Source: an uncultured delta proteobacterium (GTDB taxonomy: Bacteria > Desulfobacterota > Binatia > Binatales > Binataceae). Taken from it: a stretch of 64,000 nt of DNA. Position numbers and translations under genes: made by a program. Shown here one piece after another: positions 28,854-37,064 of this stretch; position 1 is the first letter of the stretch, and every line of letters starts with the position of its first letter. The notes under the pieces are model-generated. The model made no database searches. It saw nothing but the letters and a program-made list of their open reading frames with translations, and was not told where the DNA came from. Where the stretch lies: positions 448,001-512,000 of the forward strand of contig CAWEEQ010000004.1 in NCBI GenBank assembly GCA_963808235.1, given 5' to 3'.

Positions 28854-31800
28854 ATGATTCGTTCCTTGATGTCGCTGGCGCTTCGCGAGCGGGTAGTCGT
28901 TATCGGCATCGCGCTGATGCTTCTGCTCGCGGGTGTCTATTCTTTCTCGCAGTTGGATATCGAAGCGTACCCCGACCCGGTTCAGCCGTTGGTTGAAGTG
29001 CTTACATTGCCCAACGGTCTGAGCGCGGAAGAAGTCGAAAAGCTGGTCACCGTGCCGACCGAATATGGTCTGGCCGGGATGCGCAATCTCAAGGCGATGC
29101 GATCGATATCGCTCTACGGATTGTCGGATATCCGATGTTATTTCTCGTGGGAAAGCGACTACTACTGGGATCGGGTTGAGACTATCAATCGCCTGTCCTT
29201 CATTACGCTGCCGCAGGGTGTGACGCCGGGAATTTCGCCCGATAATCCGATCGGAGAAATCTACCGCTACACGGTCGAGGGTCCCGACCACGATCTGATT
29301 CACGAGAAAGAGATCGAGGACTGGATCCTTGAAAAACAACTGCGGACGGTGCCCGGAGTGGAAGACGTTTCGGGCTTCGGCGGGTTGACCAAACAGTTCC
29401 AGGTCGAAGTCGATCCGCACAAACTCAACTACTACCAGGTCCCGCTCTCGACGCTGATCTCGGCGCTGCAGAACTCGAACACCAACGCAGGCGGCAACTA
29501 TATGAGCGTCGGCGAGCAGGCGTTCGACGTGCGCGGGCTGGGGTTTTTCCAAAGCCTCGACGACATCCGCAACGTCGTCCTCAACGCAAACAAGTCCACC
29601 CCGATCAAGGTCTCGAACGTCGCCGATGTCGATGTCGGCTACGCGCCACGGCTCGGAATTGTGGGCAAGGACAATCAGAACGAAGTCGTCACCGGCATCG
29701 TGCTGATGCGCAAGTATGGCAACACGCTGGAGACGCTCAAGGGCGTCGAGGCGAAGGTCCAGGATCTGAACACCTCGGGCATACTGCCCAAGGGCTACAA
29801 GGTCGTGCCGTACTACGACCGCACCAAGCTGGTCGACACCACGCTCCGCACGGTAATCGAGAACCTGACGATCGGAATGGCACTGGTCTTCCTGGTGCTG
29901 ATTTTCTTCCTTGGTAACCTGCGCGCGGCGATCGTGGCGGCGGTGAACATTCCGCTGGCACTATGCGGTGCGTTCACGCTGATGCATTTCACCGACACCC
30001 CGGCCAATCTGATTTCGCTCGGCGCAATCGATTTCGGGATCATCATCGATACCACCGTTATCGTGATGGAAAATATCGAACGACACCTGACCGCGCCCGA
30101 ACGCTCGAGCGAGAGTTACCGCCTTCGAATTTTGGCCGCCGCGCAGGAAGTAGGCGGGCCGATGTTCTTCTCGACCCTGATTTTCGTGATCGCGTTCCTG
30201 CCGCTGTTCACGATGCGCGGCGTAGAGGGGGCCATCTTTTCGCCGATGTCGCATACCTATGCATTCGCGCTCGGCGCCGCGATTCTGCTCGCGGTGACGT
30301 TGTCGCCGGTCCTGTCTTCGTTTTTCTTCGCGCGCGGAATGCGAACCGTTCACAATCCGGTCTGGGCGGGAATCTCAGCCTTCTATCACGGGATGTTTGA
30401 GTGGGTGCTGGAATGGCCGCGGGCGACGTTGACCGCAATAGTCGTGCTGCTTGCCGGCGTGCTGTCGCTCTTCCCGTTGCTGGGCGGGCAGTTTCTGCCC
30501 AAGCTGGAAGAGGGAAACATCTGGGCGCACGCGACGATGCCGCTGACTATCTCGCTCGAACATGGCGCCAAGCTATGCAATCAGATGCGCGCCGTGTTCA
30601 AGAGTTTCCCCGAAGTTGTCACGGTCGTGTCGCAGCTAGGCCGTCCGGACGACGGCACCGAGACGACCGGGTTTTTCAACATCGAATTCTCAGTCGAACT
30701 GAAGCCCGACCGCGAATGGCCCGCGGGGCTCGACAAACCGAAACTGGTCAAGCAGATCGACGACAAACTCACGCAGAAGTTTCCGGGTGTGGCTTTCAGC
30801 TACTCGCAAAATATCGAAGACAACATCGACGAAGCGATCTCGGGGGTAAAGGCCGGCGAAAACGCGATCAAAGTTTTCGGTTCAGACCTCGCGACCGACG
30901 AGCGTATAGCCAACGACATCAAGGAATCGCTGGGCGGAGTGCGTGGAGTGGCCGATGCGGTCGTGTTGCGTTCTCTCGGACAGCCCAATCTGCAGATCAC
31001 GCCGGACCGCGCTGCGTGCGCGCGCTACGGGATAAACGTCGGCGACGTTGGCGCTGTCGTGCAGGCGGCGATCGGCGGTCAGGCGGTGACGCAGGTGCTG
31101 GAAGGGGACCGGCGCTTCGACCTGACGGTGCGATGGAAACCCGAATACCGGCAGAGCCTCGATGCGATCCGCCAAATCCGGGTCAATATCCCGGCCGGCG
31201 GACAAATTCCGCTCGACCAGGTCGCAAAGGTCGAGACCGCCGAAGGCGCGTCGTTCATCTATCGCGACTCGCTCCAGCGATTCGTGCCGATCCGATTTTC
31301 GATCCGCGGCCGCGATTTGCAGAGTACCGTCGAAGAAGCCAAGCGCGTCATTGCTACGAGCGTCCATCTACCCGACGGGGTGCATCTCGAATGGTCGGGC
31401 GAGTACGGTGAGCTTCAAGCCGCCAATCGCCGGTTCATGATCGTCGTGCCGTTCGCACTGTTGCTGATCGCCGGCGTCCTTTATGGCGCCACCCAATCGT
31501 TAATCGATACGTTCATCATCATGGCGCAGATTCCGGTCGCCTGCCTCGGCGGAATTCTTGCGCTGATCATCACTGGCACTCCATTCAGCGTGTCGGCTGG
31601 AGTCGGTTTCATTTCGATTTTCGGCATCGCCGTGATGGACGGAATACTGCTGAGCTTCTACATCCGCCAGCTCTGGGAGCAGGGGCATCCTTTCGTCGAG
31701 GCGATCATCAACGGCTCCGACCGCCGTCTCCGAGCCACGATGATGACCGATCTCGTCGATGCGTTCGGGCTCTTGCCGGCGGCTCTTTCGACGCGAATCG

Positions 31801-31973
31801 GCGCGCAGACCCAGCAGCCGCTGGCGATTGTTGTTATCGGCGGGGCGCTCGCGATCATGATTCTCACCCGAATCCTGCAGCCGGTGTTGATCTACCTGTG
31901 CCATCGCCGACTGCGAATCGACGATCAGAACCGCGCACGCATGACGCAGCCGGTCCAGCTCGATCCAGCCTGA
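28854..31973 (+). CDS. CusA/CzcA-family heavy-metal RND permease
   Basis: IEAYPD, GEIYRY, TM4 GAIDFGIIIDTTVIVMEN, FLPKLEEG, QQPLAIVVIGG. Confidence 0.93.
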   Translation: MIRSLMSLALRERVVVIGIALMLLLAGVYSFSQLDIEAYPDPVQPLVEVLTLPNGLSAEEVEKLVTVPTEYGLAGMRNLKAMRSISLYGLSDIRCYFSWESDYYWDRVETINRLSFITLPQGVTPGISPDNPIGEIYRYTVEGPDHDLIHEKEIEDWILEKQLRTVPGVEDVSGFGGLTKQFQVEVDPHKLNYYQVPLSTLISALQNSNTNAGGNYMSVGEQAFDVRGLGFFQSLDDIRNVVLNANKSTPIKVSNVADVDVGYAPRLGIVGKDNQNEVVTGIVLMRKYGNTLETLKGVEAKVQDLNTSGILPKGYKVVPYYDRTKLVDTTLRTVIENLTIGMALVFLVLIFFLGNLRAAIVAAVNIPLALCGAFTLMHFTDTPANLISLGAIDFGIIIDTTVIVMENIERHLTAPERSSESYRLRILAAAQEVGGPMFFSTLIFVIAFLPLFTMRGVEGAIFSPMSHTYAFALGAAILLAVTLSPVLSSFFFARGMRTVHNPVWAGISAFYHGMFEWVLEWPRATLTAIVVLLAGVLSLFPLLGGQFLPKLEEGNIWAHATMPLTISLEHGAKLCNQMRAVFKSFPEVVTVVSQLGRPDDGTETTGFFNIEFSVELKPDREWPAGLDKPKLVKQIDDKLTQKFPGVAFSYSQNIEDNIDEAISGVKAGENAIKVFGSDLATDERIANDIKESLGGVRGVADAVVLRSLGQPNLQITPDRAACARYGINVGDVGAVVQAAIGGQAVTQVLEGDRRFDLTVRWKPEYRQSLDAIRQIRVNIPAGGQIPLDQVAKVETAEGASFIYRDSLQRFVPIRFSIRGRDLQSTVEEAKRVIATSVHLPDGVHLEWSGEYGELQAANRRFMIVVPFALLLIAGVLYGATQSLIDTFIIMAQIPVACLGGILALIITGTPFSVSAGVGFISIFGIAVMDGILLSFYIRQLWEQGHPFVEAIINGSDRRLRATMMTDLVDAFGLLPAALSTRIGAQTQQPLAIVVIGGALAIMILTRILQPVLIYLCHRRLRIDDQNRARMTQPVQLDPA

Positions 31974-32045
31974 CGCCGACGGTCGGTGAAAGACTCGCCG
32001 CGCGCACGCGAACCGTGGTAAACGGGCGACAGGAGGCCTTGAGCG

Positions 32046-32888
32046 ATGGAATTCGAGATGATCGCAAGCGGCTACGGCCTGCTGGAAGCGCCACGCGTCG
32101 ACGAGCGCGATCGACTGTACTTCAGCGACATTCCCAACGGCGGAGTTTATCGGCGAAATCCCGGCGGCAACGTCGAAACTCTGATCCCCAAACGAAAGGG
32201 CGTCGGCGGGATGATGTTCAACACCAGCGGCGGACTCGTGCTCACCGGACGCGGCCTGATTCATTGGGACGAGAAGACCGGCAAGAGCCGCGACCTGTTC
32301 GCCGCGTGGGAAGGCAAGCCGGTCAGCATGAACGATCTCACCACCGACGATCATGGCAGCGTGTACACCGGCACGCTCAACTTCGATCCGCTCGGCGACA
32401 ACAAGCCGATTCCGGGCAGCCTGTTCCGGATCGATCCGCCCGGGCGCCCGGTGAAGTTGTGGGACGGTATCGAAGTCAGCAACGGTCTCGGACTAAGTCC
32501 TGATCGCAAACATCTCTATCACTCGGACTCCACGACCGGCGCGGTATGGATTTACGACGTGACCCACGAGCGCGGGGTCAAGGATCGGCGCATCTTTGCG
32601 AAAATGCCGACGGGATGGCCCGACGGGCTGGCCGTCGATGCGCAGGGCGGTGTCTGGGTCGCGGCGGTGCGCGTCGGCGAGGTTGTTCATTTTTCGAAAG
32701 ACGCGACGGTCAAAAAGCGGATCAAACTCCCGGCCGCGATGGTGACCAGCCTCGTGTTCGGCGGGCGCGACATGCTCGACCTCTACGTGGTGACCGCGGA
32801 CAACAGCGACGACCCAACTCGCAAGGGCACGATTTTCCGCGCGCGCGCGGACGTTCCCGGGTTGCCGGTGCCAAAAGCGAATTTCTAA
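32046..32888 (+). CDS. SMP-30/gluconolactonase/LRE family protein
   Basis: LLEAPR, LYFSDI, MNDL, VSNGLGLSPD, PDGLAVDAQG, VFGG. Confidence 0.9.
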   Translation: MEFEMIASGYGLLEAPRVDERDRLYFSDIPNGGVYRRNPGGNVETLIPKRKGVGGMMFNTSGGLVLTGRGLIHWDEKTGKSRDLFAAWEGKPVSMNDLTTDDHGSVYTGTLNFDPLGDNKPIPGSLFRIDPPGRPVKLWDGIEVSNGLGLSPDRKHLYHSDSTTGAVWIYDVTHERGVKDRRIFAKMPTGWPDGLAVDAQGGVWVAAVRVGEVVHFSKDATVKKRIKLPAAMVTSLVFGGRDMLDLYVVTADNSDDPTRKGTIFRARADVPGLPVPKANF

Positions 32889-32900
32889 GACAGGCTATCG

Positions 32901-33797
32901 TCAGCGGGCAGATCCTGCGGCGGCAGGCGCTGCGATCGTCGCATCGGGCGGTTGCTCGCGCGTTCCGGCCAGCAGTGCGCCCGACGCAATTGTGAGAAGG
33001 AAAGCGCCGATTCGCATCGCGGCTGCCGCAGGATCCGCCGGCAGATGCTCCCCAAATGCGAGCATCCCGCCCACTATGGGGACCAGGTTGGAGAGTGCGC
33101 CCGAAAGCGGCATCGCGATTATTCCGCGCGCGGAATGAAACGAGTTCTGCAGCGCAATTATCCCAGCGACGTTTGCGGCGACTACGCCATACGCGTAGGG
33201 ATTCGTGACGATTCGAAACGCGAGTGCACCGGCTTCATTGCCGAGGAACTTGTCGGTCATTGCCTTGGTGAACAATCCACCGAGTCCGAACGCGATGCCG
33301 GAAAAAATCGCGGCTGCTGCGCCACTATGCTTCAACCGCTCGATTCCCATCGGCGCCAATCCCGCGGCCAGCAGCAGGGCGGACAGCATCAGCAGCGTTG
33401 CCGGTTGCAGAGCGCCTTCGGCCTGACCGGCCGGCAGCGACAACGTCAGCATCACCATCCCGAACACGATCGCGCCGATACCGATCCATTCGCGCGGGCG
33501 CGCCCGCTCGCCCAGGATCACCACTGAAGCGATGACGAACAGCGCGATCCCGCTCTGCATCATCACTGCGACGATCGAGACCGAGGTCTGCGAAACCGCG
33601 ATCACGTAGAGCACCCAACCCGCGGTTTGCACTGCGAGTCCGCCGATCCAGGTTGGATCGCGAGTCCATGCGACGACCGCCCCGATCATATTCGCGCCGG
33701 CGGCCACCGGCAGATCGTCGGAGCGGCTCTTCATCATCAACAGGCCCAGCGCGAGCAACACGCTCGACACCGTCGCGAGTGATAAGTAGAAGATCAC
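32901..33797 (-). CDS. DMT/EamA-like multi-pass membrane transporter
   Basis: About 9 hydrophobic segments, ILGER...EWIG, AFGE; overlaps hpnI stop. Confidence 0.7.
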   Translation of the reverse strand: MIFYLSLATVSSVLLALGLLMMKSRSDDLPVAAGANMIGAVVAWTRDPTWIGGLAVQTAGWVLYVIAVSQTSVSIVAVMMQSGIALFVIASVVILGERARPREWIGIGAIVFGMVMLTLSLPAGQAEGALQPATLLMLSALLLAAGLAPMGIERLKHSGAAAAIFSGIAFGLGGLFTKAMTDKFLGNEAGALAFRIVTNPYAYGVVAANVAGIIALQNSFHSARGIIAMPLSGALSNLVPIVGGMLAFGEHLPADPAAAAMRIGAFLLTIASGALLAGTREQPPDATIAAPAAAGSAR

Positions 33798-34960
33798 GCG
33801 GCGCGGCTCTTAACTTCGCGCATCGCTCCGCCCCGCATCAGCTGGAACTTGCGGCCGGCCCACGTCACCTTGTTGCCGAGCAGGCTCGCAGCCCATACGC
33901 CGGTCATCACGAGGTCCTTGATTGGAACGAGCCAAAGATCGGCGAGCAACTCGGGCATCTTGAGCACGCGTCCCACGATCATCGCCGACATCGCGAGCCG
34001 CAGCGCGATTACCAGCACGAATGCCGCGACTGCAGGAGCACTTCCGCGCAAGATCGCAAGCAATACGAGCGCCCAGAACGGTCCATGCATCAGGATTGTC
34101 GCGATACTTACCGGGCGCACCGTTCGGAAGGTGCGCGCCCACCTCAACTGATGATGCCAGAAGTCGACGAAGCGGCGTTCTTCGCAAGCGAGTGTGACCA
34201 GCGCGCTGGAGAGTTTGATCTCATAACCTAGGGTGTTGACGAGCTTTCCCATGTAGAAGTCATCGGCAAGCAAGTTCTTCACCGCGGAGAATCCGCCGAT
34301 TGCTTCCAGCGCCGCCCGCTTGATCGCTATCGTCGCGCCGAGCCCATAGTGCATCGGCTCGACCATCTCGGCGAGCAGAATTTGCGGCAGGAAGTCGGTG
34401 TTTACGTACAGCGCCTCGAAGCGTGATGCGAGCGTGCCGATCGGACGGGCACGATAGGCGCAAGTCACGATTCCGATCTTCTCATCGGCGATCAGCTCAC
34501 CGACGATACGGCGCAGGTAATCTCGGTCGACCGATACGTCGGCGTCGCTCAGGACGAAAATGTCGGCCTTGGGCGCGCGCTCGGCCATCTTGATGAGCTT
34601 GGCAATCTTGCGATTGGAGCATCCCGGTTCCTCGCCCACGACCAGGGTGATGTTCGCGAACTGGTATCGCTGCCTGAGCGCGACCGGAACTTCGGCGGCC
34701 GGATCTTCGTAATCCGAGACGCCAAAAAAATAATCGAGGCGGGAATACGCCACTTCGAGAAAGCTCACCAGGTTGGCGGCGAGCGAATTGCTCTTTCCGT
34801 GCAGCGGCTTCAGCACTGCAACGCGCGGCGGAATTTTCGGAATGGGAAGCGCCGGCCTTGATGCGCGCGCGGCGAATCTAATCGTCGCCAGCGTCGCGGC
34901 CGCATAGTAGAAGAGCGAAATGGCAATCGCAACAGCGGGCAGAAGGACATAGATTGTCAT
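33794..34960 (-). CDS. hpnI: Hopanoid biosynthesis glycosyltransferase HpnI (GT2/GT21-like)
   Basis: VAVLKPLHG, NRKIAKL, VLSDADV, GATIA, LADDFYMG, HQLRWART; next to hpnJ. Confidence 0.85.
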   Translation of the reverse strand: MTIYVLLPAVAIAISLFYYAAATLATIRFAARASRPALPIPKIPPRVAVLKPLHGKSNSLAANLVSFLEVAYSRLDYFFGVSDYEDPAAEVPVALRQRYQFANITLVVGEEPGCSNRKIAKLIKMAERAPKADIFVLSDADVSVDRDYLRRIVGELIADEKIGIVTCAYRARPIGTLASRFEALYVNTDFLPQILLAEMVEPMHYGLGATIAIKRAALEAIGGFSAVKNLLADDFYMGKLVNTLGYEIKLSSALVTLACEERRFVDFWHHQLRWARTFRTVRPVSIATILMHGPFWALVLLAILRGSAPAVAAFVLVIALRLAMSAMIVGRVLKMPELLADLWLVPIKDLVMTGVWAASLLGNKVTWAGRKFQLMRGGAMREVKSRAA

Positions 34961-35049
34961 CGCATGACTCGCGTGCCCAGCCGACCTGGCGCGAGGCTCC
35001 CCTTCATCGCTAACGAGCCGACAAGATTAGTCTCGGCCAGTTCTCGTCG

Positions 35050-36507
35050 TCAGGCTGATGCCTGCTCCGCCGCCTGCGCCGTCTGATGCCGACGCTGGCG
35101 CATCGTCGAAAGGAACTGTCTACCTTCGTTCAGCATCCGCTTGGTCTCTTCCATCGAGGTCAGCATTTTCTTGACCGATTTAAAAATGTAACGCGGACGG
35201 AAGTAGAAGCTGCGATAGAAACGCTCGACGGCGCCGTAAATTTCGTCGTTGCTCAGCCCGGGATAGGTGATCGTGCATTTCTGATAGCCCGACTCGTCGA
35301 GCAACGGATCGACCGCCAGGAATCCATTCTTGGTTACGTAGTCAAACAGCTCGGTGCCCGGGTACGGTGACGCGAGTGAGACCTGGATCGTTTCGCAATC
35401 CATCTCGCGCGCGAACCGAATCGATTCCTCGATCGTTTCCTTGTTTTCGCCCGGCAACCCGAGGATGAAGGTGCCGTGAATCAGGATTCCGAGTTCATGG
35501 CAGTCCTTGGTGAAGCGCCGCGCCCGATCGATTCCGACTCCCTTCTTGATATTCTTCAAAATCTGCGCGTTGCCCGATTCGTAGCCGACCACGAACAGCC
35601 GGAGCCCGCCGTCCTTCATGATCTTCAACGTTTCGTAGTCCACGTTGGCGCGCGAGTTGGTGGACCAGGTCACTCCGAGCGGCTTCAGCAGTTGCGCGAT
35701 TTTGCGCGCGCGCGCCGGGTCGGCGGTGAAAGTATCGTCGTCGAAGAACAGTTCCTTCATCTTGGGGAACTTCGACTTCATCGCCGCGACTTCTTCGTAC
35801 ACATTTTCCGGGCTGCGGACGCGATAGCGATGACCCTGCGTGACCTGCGGCCACAGGCAGAACGTGCAGCGCGCCGGGCATCCGCGTCCCGTGTACATCG
35901 ACACGTACGGATACTGGCAGTAGGGGCTGTTGTACTTCAGGTAGTCGAGATTTTTCTCGTAAACCTCGGTCACGAACGGAAGCTTGTCGAGTTCTTCGTC
36001 GGTGAGCGCGGGACGATCGGGATTGTGATGCAGCTCGCCATTTTTCTGATAGCTGATTCCGCCGATCGTGCTCCACTCGCGTCCTTCGGCAACTTCGAGC
36101 ATCGAGTAGTCGAATTCCTTGCGCGCCGCGATATCGATCGCCGGCGAAAGTTTTAGCGTTTCGTCCGGACGCGCCGTCGGATGACCCCCGACCATCGCGA
36201 TGATCGCGTTCGGGTTCGCGGCCTTGATTGCTTCCGCCGTGCGCGCATCCATCCGCAGCGACGGGGTCGAGGTATGAATCACGACCAGGTCGTAATTCTT
36301 TGCCTCGTTAATCGTCATCTCGACGGTGTAGTTATGCGGCGGCGCGTCGAGCAGTCGCGCGCCCGGAATCATCCCCGCCGGGTAGGCGAGCCAGGTCGGA
36401 TACCAAAACGACCAGACCTCGCGCGTCGCCTGATATCGTGAGCCGGCGCCACCGTCGAAGTCGTCGTAAGAGGGAGGGTTCAGGAAAAGCGTCTTCATCA
36501 CGTCCAT
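35050..36507 (-). CDS. hpnJ: Hopanoid biosynthesis radical SAM protein HpnJ
   Basis: LFLNPPSYDDFDGGAGSRYQATRE, FWYPTWLA, GRGCPARCTFCLWPQ, FFDDDTF. Confidence 0.92.
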   Translation of the reverse strand: MDVMKTLFLNPPSYDDFDGGAGSRYQATREVWSFWYPTWLAYPAGMIPGARLLDAPPHNYTVEMTINEAKNYDLVVIHTSTPSLRMDARTAEAIKAANPNAIIAMVGGHPTARPDETLKLSPAIDIAARKEFDYSMLEVAEGREWSTIGGISYQKNGELHHNPDRPALTDEELDKLPFVTEVYEKNLDYLKYNSPYCQYPYVSMYTGRGCPARCTFCLWPQVTQGHRYRVRSPENVYEEVAAMKSKFPKMKELFFDDDTFTADPARARKIAQLLKPLGVTWSTNSRANVDYETLKIMKDGGLRLFVVGYESGNAQILKNIKKGVGIDRARRFTKDCHELGILIHGTFILGLPGENKETIEESIRFAREMDCETIQVSLASPYPGTELFDYVTKNGFLAVDPLLDESGYQKCTITYPGLSNDEIYGAVERFYRSFYFRPRYIFKSVKKMLTSMEETKRMLNEGRQFLSTMRQRRHQTAQAAEQASA

Positions 36508-36702
36508 AGGTAGAGGATACTCCAGGGCCTGTCCGCTTGGTTAGTCTCGGGAACTATACAAATCATGGCCGGCGAAGGCAAGGTTTTGAAAAAAACTTAT
36601 CCCCTTTCGGTCGATCATTTTCGATAAACGACGATGAAGCTAGCCCGTTATTAGGTTTTTTGCATGGCACAAGTGATGCGTTCTAATGCAGAGGCTAGGA
36701 AC

Positions 36703-37017
36703 ATGACTAAAAAGTTACTTTTGGCCGCCGGATCTTTGCTGCTCTTGTCGGGGACCATCGCGCTTCAGGGTTGCTACGATTCAGGTCCCGACTACGGTTA
36801 CGGATCGGGGTACTACGCGGGCTCAGGATATTATAGCCAACCGGTCTACGTTGGCGACTACGACGAGCATCACAGTTGGCATGATCGCGATTGGTGGGTG
36901 AACAATCATCGCGACTGGGTCCAGGATCATCACAAGGATTGGATCAGTCACAACGAGCAGCACGAGGATCATCAAGAGGCTCGGCGGTCCAGCGATCATG
37001 ACCACGACCGGAATTAG
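36703..37017 (+). CDS. Small predicted lipoprotein with Gly/Tyr-rich and His/Asp/Trp-rich regions
   Basis: MTKKLLL...ALQGC lipobox; AGGA RBS. Confidence 0.72.
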   Translation: MTKKLLLAAGSLLLLSGTIALQGCYDSGPDYGYGSGYYAGSGYYSQPVYVGDYDEHHSWHDRDWWVNNHRDWVQDHHKDWISHNEQHEDHQEARRSSDHDHDRN

Positions 37018-37064
37018 CGAAAAGGTCACTCGCCGCATCTGGCGATGTCCGAGGCCACGCGAAC

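Noticed and set aside
36664-37017. RiPP precursor for the divergent radical SAM enzyme
   Set aside because: The radical SAM protein has clear HpnJ signatures and the peptide has a lipoprotein signal rather than a RiPP leader
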